A stretch of 64,000 nt of DNA, taken from IMG/VR virus record IMGVR_UViG_3300028558_000016, positions 62,001 through 126,000 of that record, one strand, 5' to 3'. A program made the translations under genes and the position numbers. Below are positions 9,532 through 18,366 of this stretch, one piece after another (the stretch's first letter is position 1; the number at the start of each line of letters is the position of its first letter). The notes under the pieces are model-generated. The model searched no databases, was not told the DNA's origin, and worked only from the letters and a program-made list of their open reading frames with translations.

Positions 9532-10596
9532 TTATACCAAGTTTTCGGTATCGTAGTTCTTTTTGAAGAACATTTTAGTTGCATCCTTTTGGATCGAGTG
9601 TGATTCCATTGAACTCACTTTAAATCCATAATCATGGCTTGCATAATCTGTCATTGCGTTAACAACATCCCATACAGAACAATCCAAACGACAATTCTTT
9701 TGTTGTTGTGGGTTTAAATCCTTGTGAGCGATGTTACGAGTTCTTAAGTTATGCATGATGTGGTTGTAGTGAATGAACCTGTCAATGTCCTTCGCTTCTT
9801 TTGGCATGTGTTGTAATGCAGTATTCAATTCAAACAAGGACGCTTTAGCACCGCTTGCTCTTTTGATTCTCTCGCCAAATCCAACCGGCAAGAAATCTGT
9901 TTTTGCAATCTTACCAATGTTTTCATAAAGAGAACGCATGATGTCATCATCGTAACCAATTTGAATTTTCACATCGTCAATGCCAAACATTCCATTTGTA
10001 CAAACCTCTCTCCACATGTATTGCGAAAGTTGTGTTCCTTTTTCAGGACTTTGAGTGAAGTTCATTCCTGCAAGGAAATCTTCATCCTTACCAAAGTTAA
10101 ATGGTTTGTTAGGATTTAAAGTATCAACGCGCAATTGTCCTCTGTCATTAACGTAAAAATCGCTAAGGATCAAATTAGGATTGTCATTCAATGTATCTTC
10201 AACAAGTTTCATGAATGAAGCACCGGAAATATATTTATGGTTTGAAGACTTAACATCAATTATAGAACCTGTTGTTGGAGAACCAATCAACATGATGTTT
10301 TTGTTTTTAGAACCAAGGCCGGTGGCGATGTGGTTAATTAATTTGTTTCTTCCTTCTTCACCAAATATTTTCGCATACTTAGTAATGAATGTAGAAGGAA
10401 TTCCCATGGTTTCTGCAAGCTGCGTAATTCCATTATTTGAGAAGTTTGCTTTTACATCATTGATGAATAATTCATCGCTTTTAATTTTGATGTCTCCGGT
10501 GTTTACAATTTTTCTTACCGGCGCACTTTCAAGTGCGATTTTTTTCTTCGCTTCAAACTCTGTAGAGCTGATTGCTTTTTGTTTTGGTTGTTTCAT
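9532..10596 (-). CDS. DUF932-like protein
   Basis: REVCTNGM motif and WDVVNAMT..ASH C-terminus. Confidence 0.6.
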   Translation of the reverse strand: MKQPKQKAISSTEFEAKKKIALESAPVRKIVNTGDIKIKSDELFINDVKANFSNNGITQLAETMGIPSTFITKYAKIFGEEGRNKLINHIATGLGSKNKNIMLIGSPTTGSIIDVKSSNHKYISGASFMKLVEDTLNDNPNLILSDFYVNDRGQLRVDTLNPNKPFNFGKDEDFLAGMNFTQSPEKGTQLSQYMWREVCTNGMFGIDDVKIQIGYDDDIMRSLYENIGKIAKTDFLPVGFGERIKRASGAKASLFELNTALQHMPKEAKDIDRFIHYNHIMHNLRTRNIAHKDLNPQQQKNCRLDCSVWDVVNAMTDYASHDYGFKVSSMESHSIQKDATKMFFKKNYDTENLV

Positions 10597-10620
10597 GTTT
10601 TTACTTTTTGGTTGGTTTTA

Positions 10621-10628
10621 CAAATATA
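10621..10628 (-). promoter_or_regulatory. Bacteroidota-type -7 promoter element TATATTTG
   Basis: Matches TAnnTTTG; identical copies at 11823-11830, 13853-13860, 15986-15993, 49593-49600 (minus) and 61471-61478 (plus), all just upstream of genes. Confidence 0.75.
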
Positions 10629-10671
10629 TGAATTAATAATTATTCTATAAAATTTATTTTTCTTCCTTCCT

Positions 10672-11796
10672 TTATTCCTGAGCTACTTTCTTCCTTTTCT
10701 TCTTTTTCCCAGGGTTAGGATTTACGCCTTTGTCGTCTTTAGCAAACAAGGTGGTGAATGTTGTATCTTCTTTTGCTAATTCGCCTTTTTCCTGTGCTGC
10801 TCTTAAATCAAGCAATTGGTCTTTTTTCCAACGGTCAAGGTCATAAATAACATCTCCATTCTTGTCCAATGTATAATATAACTTTCTGAACAAATCGTTT
10901 CCGTTTCTGCGATTTTTTTCTGCAGTTAAAAAACGTTTTCCTTCTTCGTCAAATTCAGCATGGATGAAAGCAGTTGTATCATGTTTTTGATCGTTTGAAC
11001 CTTTAAACACTCCACCTTTAGTTACTTGTTGAATAACCAAGAATGTTGTATGATGTCCAGTTTTAAAAGCATCGTCGTTATGTTTTGCCATCATTTCAAG
11101 CATCCATTCTTCAGGATTTCTAACACCTTGCGCTTTTAATCTCCGGCACAAGTGATCAAGAGAATCAACAAGAACAAAATCCCATCCCATCAATAAAACA
11201 TTTTCAATTGCTTTTTTAGAATTGGTATATTCTGCAAGAAGGAAAATATCTTCAATCTCATTTAACGATGGACGTTCAAGTCTTTCTGCTGCCAAGTCAA
11301 GCGGTTTCATTTCACTGTTCAAATACAAACCTTTCTTTTTAGGTTGCAATTTTTTAATAGAAACAAGCGTGTCAGTTCCAGAAGTTGTTTTTCCAGTTCC
11401 AGGACCACCGTCAAACATAACTGTAGTTCCTGGCATAAAACCTCCACCATCAATTTTCGAAATCATTAAGTCGATTGGTTTTCCAGTTTTCATCGGAATG
11501 AAAAGCTTTGGATCTGGTTTGTACTTCTTAAGGGAAAACAAAACAATTTTCTCCGCTTCTTTTGTTGTGGATTTTGTGATGATGCTTTGACCAAGAGTTC
11601 CACCTTTATATTTTGAAAAAGATGGGTCGGTCATTTCCCTCATGTAATATTTGAATGTAGGGAATTTTACTTCAATGCCTGGATTTATTTTTTCAAATAA
11701 TTCTAAATCGGCTTCATAATTACCGAGCTGAAGTTTGTCGGCGTTCTTTTGTGCAAATTCATGCACTCGCATTTGTAGCGTTACTTTTTTGGCCAT
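10672..11796 (-). CDS. RadA/Sms-like RecA-fold ATPase
   Basis: GGPGTGKTT, YLNSEM, LVDS, QVTKGG.F.GSN..KH, KNR. Confidence 0.8.
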   Translation of the reverse strand: MAKKVTLQMRVHEFAQKNADKLQLGNYEADLELFEKINPGIEVKFPTFKYYMREMTDPSFSKYKGGTLGQSIITKSTTKEAEKIVLFSLKKYKPDPKLFIPMKTGKPIDLMISKIDGGGFMPGTTVMFDGGPGTGKTTSGTDTLVSIKKLQPKKKGLYLNSEMKPLDLAAERLERPSLNEIEDIFLLAEYTNSKKAIENVLLMGWDFVLVDSLDHLCRRLKAQGVRNPEEWMLEMMAKHNDDAFKTGHHTTFLVIQQVTKGGVFKGSNDQKHDTTAFIHAEFDEEGKRFLTAEKNRRNGNDLFRKLYYTLDKNGDVIYDLDRWKKDQLLDLRAAQEKGELAKEDTTFTTLFAKDDKGVNPNPGKKKKRKKVAQE

Positions 11797-11891
11797 GGTT
11801 GGTTGGTTTAAAATTTACACTACAAATATACGCATTATTTCCGACACGGAGATGGAAATATATGAATTCTAACTACTTGGAAATCAATAGG

Positions 11892-12365
11892 TTAGGAAGT
11901 TCCATTCCTGGGAGGATCGTTTCTGTCAATGAATTCTTCAATTTTTTTCAATATGACTATCACAGTCACAATTGTGATGGAAGCAAAAAATGGAACAACA
12001 TATAAACCAGCTCCGGCCATTACGCCAAGCGCACATGAAGTCCATATCATTGCAGAGGAAGTTAATCCTAAAAGTTTGCTTTGCGTTTGACTCATGAATA
12101 TAACTCCAGCGCCAAGAAATCCTATTCCAGTTATTATTTGACCTATAATTCTTGTTGGATCTGATTGTGGGTATAAGATGTGAAGATAGAAAGAAAGCGA
12201 TGAAAACAAACATGATCCAAGACTAACCAACACAATGGTCTTTATTCCTGCAGCATGATTTGTCAATGTTCTTTCAATACCAATTATGAAACCTGTTACA
12301 ATTGCAACGGCAGCTCTTATACCGAAGAATTTCATTATGCCAAATGTTGTTATGACGTCTTCCAT
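11892..12365 (-). CDS. MgtC/SapB family membrane protein
   Basis: IGIER..AGIKT, DPTRIIGQIITGIGFLGAG, GLTSSA.IW. Confidence 0.9.
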   Translation of the reverse strand: MEDVITTFGIMKFFGIRAAVAIVTGFIIGIERTLTNHAAGIKTIVLVSLGSCLFSSLSFYLHILYPQSDPTRIIGQIITGIGFLGAGVIFMSQTQSKLLGLTSSAMIWTSCALGVMAGAGLYVVPFFASITIVTVIVILKKIEEFIDRNDPPRNGTS

Positions 12366-12937
12366 ATATTCATTAATTCTTTTGACTCCTGTAAATATTT
12401 AATTCCCTCTTCATTAAACATGCCATTCGCATAAGCATCAAAACCCTCATTTATTTTATCAATGTATTTCTCACTGATCAAAAGATTCGATGGAGCCGTT
12501 TTTTCTGGAACTGCGATGTATGTAAATGCATTCAATAACCTATCTTGAATTCTTGCACATACACAAGTCCTTTGATAATTATTTGGATAACCTTCTTTTT
12601 TATCGAGGATAGACAAATTAATTGTGATGTGTTCCAATGCAATTAATCTTTGAGAGTCGGTTGCATCCTTCATCAATAATGTTGTTCCTACCGGTTCATT
12701 TGCCATGTCATATAAAACTCCATAAACTCTGCTTCCCCAAAATGGAATTATGTTTGCAAATCCAATTGAATTATCTTTAGTTGAAATCTTATTGAACATC
12801 AATTTGTAATGGTCCAAATAAGCAACTCCAACTGGACGTATCTTTAGACCGCGTTCTTTGATGCTTGATGGCGCCATGTTTGAACCATAAGCAAAATACA
12901 ATCGAAGATCTTTTGTTGATTCTAAATTAACGCTCAT
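12350..12937 (-). CDS. gamma-glutamylcyclotransferase family protein
   Basis: YFAYGSNM, VYGVLY, LDKKEGYP..Y. Confidence 0.85.
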   Translation of the reverse strand: MSVNLESTKDLRLYFAYGSNMAPSSIKERGLKIRPVGVAYLDHYKLMFNKISTKDNSIGFANIIPFWGSRVYGVLYDMANEPVGTTLLMKDATDSQRLIALEHITINLSILDKKEGYPNNYQRTCVCARIQDRLLNAFTYIAVPEKTAPSNLLISEKYIDKINEGFDAYANGMFNEEGIKYLQESKELMNIWKTS

Positions 12938-13404
12938 TTTAAAATTTTTGTTGGATCAAGAAGAGATGCTGGTTTTTCTTTTCCAAGCTTCCACCAAACT
13001 ACATCCTTTGTTCCGTGTTTATATAATTCCATGTGTAACATGGTCATTGGTTTTCCTTTATCCTTTTGCAATACTGTTATAACTTCTCCAATCATTTCTC
13101 CGCATTCAACATTATCTCCAACCTTTAATCCTTCTCTTTCTTTCACTTCACCATAAACAACCACACCAGAATTTCCTTCGATAAGAATTGCTCTTGTGTC
13201 ATTCCACCAAGGACTATCCGCCTTTGATCCAGTGAAATCAATTATAGCAACAACAACTCCTTTCTCGATCGAATAAACTTTATCGAATGGATTGCAGTAT
13301 AAATCCACTCCAGTATGAACATCGTGTTTTCGTGTAAATCCAAAAGCTCCATCATGCTGTCCAACAGGAATCTCAGGCATTGGATTAAGCGGTGATTTAT
13401 TCAT
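12934..13404 (-). CDS. M23 family peptidase
   Basis: HTGVDL ... LHMEL. Confidence 0.8.
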   Translation of the reverse strand: MNKSPLNPMPEIPVGQHDGAFGFTRKHDVHTGVDLYCNPFDKVYSIEKGVVVAIIDFTGSKADSPWWNDTRAILIEGNSGVVVYGEVKEREGLKVGDNVECGEMIGEVITVLQKDKGKPMTMLHMELYKHGTKDVVWWKLGKEKPASLLDPTKILK

Positions 13405-13750
13405 TTATTGGAATTTTTACATTGTTCTCGGCAAGAACAATCTTAATGTAGTGCATGGTATCGAGACATTGATTTATCTCGTCAGTTGTCCAATTGCTTG
13501 CATCCACAAATAATATCGCATCAGAAAGTTTCTTTGAAAATTCTGACTCAACTGAAGAAGACATTAATTTCTCCTTCATTTCATTGTAATACTTTTTCAC
13601 ACGTTCGTATTCTCCGTGTTTTATGACAATAGGATCCCTCGAAGGATAGCCATAACAATCCACGACCATTCCGATTTTTTTAATCTTATCGTCAATGGAA
13701 AGTTCCCCATCCTTTAAGGTAAAACCCTCTTGCGTTTTTTCGTATTTCAT
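13397..13750 (-). CDS. hypothetical protein
   Basis: ORF in operon. Confidence 0.6.
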   Translation of the reverse strand: MKYEKTQEGFTLKDGELSIDDKIKKIGMVVDCYGYPSRDPIVIKHGEYERVKKYYNEMKEKLMSSSVESEFSKKLSDAILFVDASNWTTDEINQCLDTMHYIKIVLAENNVKIPINE

Positions 13751-13752
13751 TT

Positions 13753-13848
13753 TTAATCTTTGCTGAATTGTCCAATAACAAAATCAATGAACACAACTGC
13801 AGCGCACACAGCGCATATACATTGTCCTACTAATTCAAAATGTTCCAT
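13753..13848 (-). CDS. small hydrophobic protein (31 aa)
   Basis: MEHFELVGQCICAVCAAVVFIDFVIGQFSKD, directly after a TATATTTG element. Confidence 0.4.
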   Translation of the reverse strand: MEHFELVGQCICAVCAAVVFIDFVIGQFSKD

Positions 13849-13879
13849 AACACAAATATAGTTAAAATGTTTGTAAAAT

Positions 13880-13906
13880 AAAAATGGGCTCCGAAGAGCC
13901 CATTCT
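13880..13906 (-). terminator. intrinsic terminator
   Basis: AATGGGCTC-ttcg-GAGCCCATT followed by a T tract (minus strand). Confidence 0.85.
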
Positions 13907-13921
13907 AAAAATTATCTAATG

Positions 13922-14707
13922 TTAATCTATCTTAAATCCCATCTTTCTGGCATGCGCGAGAAATGGTAGGATGTTATCACTGCTGAATTGATTGCATATT
14001 GCAACATTCTTCACCGGTCCAGCAAGACGAACCAATTGGTCATCGTGCAAGAAAAACCTTTTTACTTTTTTGGAAATCTCCATTGCCTTTTCGTACGATT
14101 GAAAAATTCCATAGCCTTTAAGCAATTCATCTGGAAAAGCTTTCTTCAAAAGATCATAATTCGTCTTAGGATTATCCTTGACGTATTTTCTTATCACAGC
14201 AAGAACCAATGGACCTTTTTTGTATTCTTCACCACCGAATTTCAATAGTGTTAGATCACGAACTCCTTTTTCTTTTTGTGCTTTAGGAGTCTTAGGTAAT
14301 TTTACCTTTGGTTCCTTCTTTGCAGGTTTAGCACCTTTTTTAGGACGTGGTGGACCATCATCGTCGTCGCCTACAAATGATCCTCCGCCTCCACCTTTTA
14401 ATGTCTCTGCAAATTCCAACGCTTTTCTTCTTTCTTCTTTCTTCTTTTTCTCTTGCTCAACAAGTTTTTTGTACTCAGGCGAGCTTTTATACTCATCTGA
14501 TTGACGGTACTTTTCAAAGTACTCATTTGAAACTGGTCTGTACTTCTCTGCATACTTTACATAAGAAGCTTCATCCATTGCTTTAAGGAGATTAAGCAGC
14601 TTTCCTATTTCTGCTTCTTTAGGTGTCTTCTCACCTTTTTGAATTTCTTTTATCGCTTTATCAATCCTTAATTCAAGCGATTTGATGTCTTTTTCATTGT
14701 TTGCCAT
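13922..14707 (-). CDS. basic protein with low-complexity linker and C-terminal putative DNA-binding domain
   Basis: Lys-rich linker; C-terminal LVLAVIRKYV..NP...L...FPD...KRFF...AICNQF domain. Confidence 0.55.
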   Translation of the reverse strand: MANNEKDIKSLELRIDKAIKEIQKGEKTPKEAEIGKLLNLLKAMDEASYVKYAEKYRPVSNEYFEKYRQSDEYKSSPEYKKLVEQEKKKKEERRKALEFAETLKGGGGGSFVGDDDDGPPRPKKGAKPAKKEPKVKLPKTPKAQKEKGVRDLTLLKFGGEEYKKGPLVLAVIRKYVKDNPKTNYDLLKKAFPDELLKGYGIFQSYEKAMEISKKVKRFFLHDDQLVRLAGPVKNVAICNQFSSDNILPFLAHARKMGFKID

Positions 14708-14885
14708 AGTTCATGGTTGGTTTTTTGAGTTTGATAGCGCTAAATTAAACTCTATTGAATATCAGTAATAACCAACTCGAATTAGTTTTAAGCAATGACA
14801 TGTTAATATCCCGTAAGCTCAACAAAGACAAGGCCTCGGGAGGTTTTTATTTATTAACATAAATATTAACAGAGTTATTAACAAG

Positions 14886-14913
14886 AAAAAAGGTGACCGA
14901 AATAGTCACCTTT
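14886..14913 (-). terminator. intrinsic terminator after prs
   Basis: AAAGGTGAC..GTCACCTTT hairpin with T tract on the minus strand. Confidence 0.75.
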
Positions 14914-14956
14914 ATCTAAAATTTATCTAAAATATTTTTTTGTTTAAAATATTTTG

Positions 14957-15964
14957 TTAATGTGTTCGTAGATATTTATAAAAGATAGGTGATACATCAA
15001 AAGCTTCAAAGAATAAACCATTCACGCCATTTTTCGTTGCCCATTCCTTTAATTCATTAGCTTTTGGATGAGTGTTAGTAACAAACACTTTTTCAAACAC
15101 ACCGGAATTCATTAATTTCAAAAGAGACTCACCAGGAAGAACACCGTGAGTTGCAACTGCATATACCTTAGAAGCTCCGGCATCTTTATATGCTTGACCC
15201 GCACTTATCAAAGAACCACCGGTTCTTATCATGTCATCATAAATGACAACTTTCTTTCCTTTAACGTCGGCATTTATACCAACAATTTCAGTGTCTGTTC
15301 CGCTTTTTCTTCTCTTTGTGATTATCGCACAGTCAACTCCCATTTCATTTGCAAGGGACTCAACCCACTTAGCTCTTCCAGCGTCTGTACTTGCCAATAC
15401 AAAATCAGTATTTGTTTTATAATCCTGCCCTTCTTCGTTGGAAATCTTTTTGCACATTTTCATTATGATCTTCTTGCCATATAAATGCACTGGTTGAATT
15501 GAACCTTCAAGGTAATGAGGAGTTCCTTCACTGTGCAAATCCATAAATATAACACGCATGCGTGTTGCTGGAATTGCTGAAAGCAATCTTGCTCTCGTTT
15601 TTGCTTTAACTATTTCTCCAGGTTGAACTGCTCTTTCCATTGTCGAATAACCAAAATATGGAATAATCAATGTTATGGATAAAGCCTGAGATTTTGCAGC
15701 ATGACATGCCAAATCGAATAACTCAAGTGTCTCAGAATCAGTTGTAGTTCCTCCTATAATTATAACTTGTTTTCCTGCCACAGGATCCATGAACCTGTGA
15801 TAAACTTCACCATCAGGAAATGCTTTTGTTTCCATGGATCCATCTCTTACTATTCTTGCATCTGTTCCACCATAAGATGTTGGCGGTTGATGTTTTGTTT
15901 GGTACGCTAAGAACGCTTGTTCCAGATACTTGTAATTTGTTGTCGAAAATAATATACGTTTCAT
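14957..15964 (-). CDS. prs: ribose-phosphate pyrophosphokinase
   Basis: FPDGE, PYFGYS..ER, DLHS, STDAG, KRR, YDDMIRTGGS, ATHGVL; ATG at 15964 lies after the promoter and UTR motif. Confidence 0.9.
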   Translation of the reverse strand: MKRILFSTTNYKYLEQAFLAYQTKHQPPTSYGGTDARIVRDGSMETKAFPDGEVYHRFMDPVAGKQVIIIGGTTTDSETLELFDLACHAAKSQALSITLIIPYFGYSTMERAVQPGEIVKAKTRARLLSAIPATRMRVIFMDLHSEGTPHYLEGSIQPVHLYGKKIIMKMCKKISNEEGQDYKTNTDFVLASTDAGRAKWVESLANEMGVDCAIITKRRKSGTDTEIVGINADVKGKKVVIYDDMIRTGGSLISAGQAYKDAGASKVYAVATHGVLPGESLLKLMNSGVFEKVFVTNTHPKANELKEWATKNGVNGLFFEAFDVSPIFYKYLRTH

Positions 15965-16012
15965 ACGGTTGGTTTTATAACAGTACAAATATACTAATTA
16001 AATGTCTAAAAT

Positions 16013-16041
16013 AAAAATGCCCGGATCTATGACCCGGGCAT
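16013..16041 (-). terminator. intrinsic terminator closing the DUF2828 + mini-RNA unit
   Basis: ATGCCCGGGTC-ata-GATCCGGGCAT-TTTT; the G:U wobble works only on the minus strand. Confidence 0.85.
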
Positions 16042-16045
16042 CAAT

Positions 16046-16091
16046 TGGTGGGGAATAAGGATTCTCACCAATGCATCATTAAAGATTCCCC
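16046..16091 (-). ncRNA. mini tRNA-like RNA B (46 nt, ends ACCA)
   Basis: GGGGAAU...UGAGAAU-CCUU-AUUCCCC-A-CCA: 7-bp acceptor-like stem with encoded CCA. Confidence 0.65.
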
Positions 16092-16094
16092 AAT

Positions 16095-16153
16095 TGGTGG
16101 GGAAGGAAGACTCTCGCCTCAAGCACGACAACGAATCGTCGAGCACCTTCCCC
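16095..16153 (-). ncRNA. mini tRNA-like RNA A (59 nt, ends ACCA)
   Basis: GGGGAAG-GUGCU-CGACGA(UUCG)UUGUCG-UGCUU-GAGG(CGAGAGU)CUUC-CUUCCCC-A-CCA. Confidence 0.7.
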
Positions 16154-16165
16154 TTATAATGGAAA

Positions 16166-17626
16166 TTAGATTTGTACTACGTCGTATCTTTTATCTGAAA
16201 TGGTTTTCATCATCACGCTGTATGGTGTAAACTCTTCAAGACCGCCTTTAACAATTGATTGCAACAATGCTGGACTAAATCCAGAAACAAGTGCTGAACC
16301 TGTTTGAGAGAATTGAACAGGATTGTTATCCTGTCTTGCATGTACTTTCCACCAAACAGTTTTTGGAACAACATACACGATGTCAGAACCAGAAGCTTTT
16401 AATTTTGCATTTGCCTCAGCATATAATCTCACGACTAATTGTTGTGCTGTTGGATTATCCCAACCTTTGAATGCATCAAATTCCATATCGGAAATAACAA
16501 GCATCATTGTTGGCATTTCATCCTGAACAACTTTATGCTTAACTGCATGATCAAGCAATGAACGGTAAGCAGCTTCAATGTTAGTGTTGTAACCAACATG
16601 TCCACCGATTTGGTTCATTCTGCTTGGAAGATCTTTTCCTTTTAAATACTGAAGCGTTGGAACATCAGTAAATGTCATGAACGCATCTTTAAATGGTCCT
16701 TCGTTTCTTTCGCAAATATACAATGCCAATGACAATGCAACATCCAATGCGCTCAAGTTGTTGTTTCCACCAACTGCACGTTGCATTGAACCTGAAACGT
16801 CAGCCATAGGCATGATTCTTTCGGTTGCACCTTCAAGGAAGTTAGGAAGAGTTTCCCACTGTTTTTGATTAACAATTTTATCTCCACCATGTTTCAATGA
16901 CTTGATAATATCGTATGGATAAACTGCTCCAGCGTTTACTTTAACTCCAACTTCGCCTTTCTTAAGGGCTTCTCTATATTTCACAAAGCGGTCCGTATCT
17001 TGCTTGTGGAAAGCGGTCATGTATCTCGACATGGCCAATGATGGAACATGACTGTAATTAATTGCGCCAAATTCTTTAGCACACATCTTTTGCTCAACAG
17101 TATTGGAAAGCTTCACAAGAAGCTGTCTGAATTCTTTTGGAGATACCTCCATGTGTTTTCTTATCTTGTTAGCAAAAGTTCCTTTACGTGGCATCCACTT
17201 AGCACAAAGACCATGTTCGGATTTAAGCGCGGCAATTATAAATTCGATAGCTGGTTTTTCCAACTCAGTATTTTCAGTAATTAGAAGGTCATCCCATCTT
17301 CCAAACTCAGGAATAATGGAAATATTCTTCTCAGCAACATCCGGATGGTTTGTTGCAAGGAATAATTGGAACACATCACGGAAAACTTGACGCTCGCCAG
17401 AACCTCCACGCACATCACGTGCCCAGAATAAAATTCTCATTGCTGTCATAGGGTCTTCGCCGTATGCAGCAGAGAAAAGCTTAATAAGCCTTTGTTTATC
17501 CTGTCCTCTCATTGCACCAATGTCACCATAAAGGTCAACACACGCATTAAGGGTTGTGGTATTAGTAGTCATACCATTTTCGGTACGACCTGTCTCTGTT
17601 CTCATCGCGTCTACTAATCTTGTCAT
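16166..17626 (-). CDS. DUF2828 + vWA protein (Ro60/TROVE-related)
   Basis: TENG, RDVRGGSGER, GRWDDL, AKWMPR, VPSLAM, MIDAS DVSGSM, ISDMEFD, VSGFSP. Confidence 0.9.
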   Translation of the reverse strand: MTRLVDAMRTETGRTENGMTTNTTTLNACVDLYGDIGAMRGQDKQRLIKLFSAAYGEDPMTAMRILFWARDVRGGSGERQVFRDVFQLFLATNHPDVAEKNISIIPEFGRWDDLLITENTELEKPAIEFIIAALKSEHGLCAKWMPRKGTFANKIRKHMEVSPKEFRQLLVKLSNTVEQKMCAKEFGAINYSHVPSLAMSRYMTAFHKQDTDRFVKYREALKKGEVGVKVNAGAVYPYDIIKSLKHGGDKIVNQKQWETLPNFLEGATERIMPMADVSGSMQRAVGGNNNLSALDVALSLALYICERNEGPFKDAFMTFTDVPTLQYLKGKDLPSRMNQIGGHVGYNTNIEAAYRSLLDHAVKHKVVQDEMPTMMLVISDMEFDAFKGWDNPTAQQLVVRLYAEANAKLKASGSDIVYVVPKTVWWKVHARQDNNPVQFSQTGSALVSGFSPALLQSIVKGGLEEFTPYSVMMKTISDKRYDVVQI

Positions 17627-17697
17627 GTCTTTATCTTTTTAATGTGTTAAGGCTAATATAGAAAAATTCTATTAATCAGAAATAAAAAAGTTTCAAA

Positions 17698-18366
17698 TTA
17701 TTTTTTGTCGTGCTCTCTAATAACTGAAGCCATATCAGAAATTTTACTCTTTAGATCTGTAAATTCCTTGCTTTCCTTCTTTTCAATTGGCTTTTCAATA
17801 ACAATTGGCTTTTGCGAAACTTCAGCTTTTGTGGTAAATTTTTGACTTATTGCAGGTTCCATGTATAAACCATCTCCAGGAGTATGGAACATATTTCCAT
17901 TCATTGCTGCAACTATTCTATCTTCAGCTCCGCCAAACGCATGTGGATGTCTCACATCATGTGTATAACTTACACTAAATATGTTCACTCCTCCCATCCT
18001 CCAATTTTCAGTAACTGAATGAATGTCACAACAAGAAAATATATCCCTATTCATATCAATCCTAACAACATATCGTATTCCTCTTCTAATTTCAATATCC
18101 ATTAACACTCTTAATGGAATTGGAGAACTTAAAATGTGTGGATCATATCCTGTGTCAAAATTTATTCTATAATCATGCAATGTTCCATCTCTGAATAAAG
18201 AATCAGCCCAAACGCTAATCATCTCTTGTAATCTTGGATGGACCCTATGAAGAGGGGACATGTTAAGACCTTCGCTTCTATAGTTGTATATTCTATAAAT
18301 CAAAGATTGAACCAGTCCTGGCCAACGAAAATTATAATCATTCAAAGATAAAACTAATGGTGCCAT
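17698..18366 (-). CDS. hypothetical protein
   Basis: ORF in operon. Confidence 0.55.
   Translation of the reverse strand: MAPLVLSLNDYNFRWPGLVQSLIYRIYNYRSEGLNMSPLHRVHPRLQEMISVWADSLFRDGTLHDYRINFDTGYDPHILSSPIPLRVLMDIEIRRGIRYVVRIDMNRDIFSCCDIHSVTENWRMGGVNIFSVSYTHDVRHPHAFGGAEDRIVAAMNGNMFHTPGDGLYMEPAISQKFTTKAEVSQKPIVIEKPIEKKESKEFTDLKSKISDMASVIREHDKK

Noticed and set aside
11869-11896. Imperfect palindrome CTAACTACTTGGAAATCAATAGGTTAG as a recombination (dif-like) site
   Set aside because: Too degenerate, with no exact second copy or recombinase in the window
14957-15964. Prs as the ADPR-PP synthetase of an NAD-reconstitution (NARP1) pathway
   Set aside because: No Nampt/Namat-like neighbour in the window and the motifs look like ordinary Prs; cannot be excluded without a phylogeny
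16044-16153. Repeated AATTGGTGGGGAA as a mini-CRISPR array or att site
   Set aside because: Only two units, each self-complementary end to end and ending in CCA on the minus strand. No cas or integrase gene is in the window, and a tRNA-like reading explains it better.
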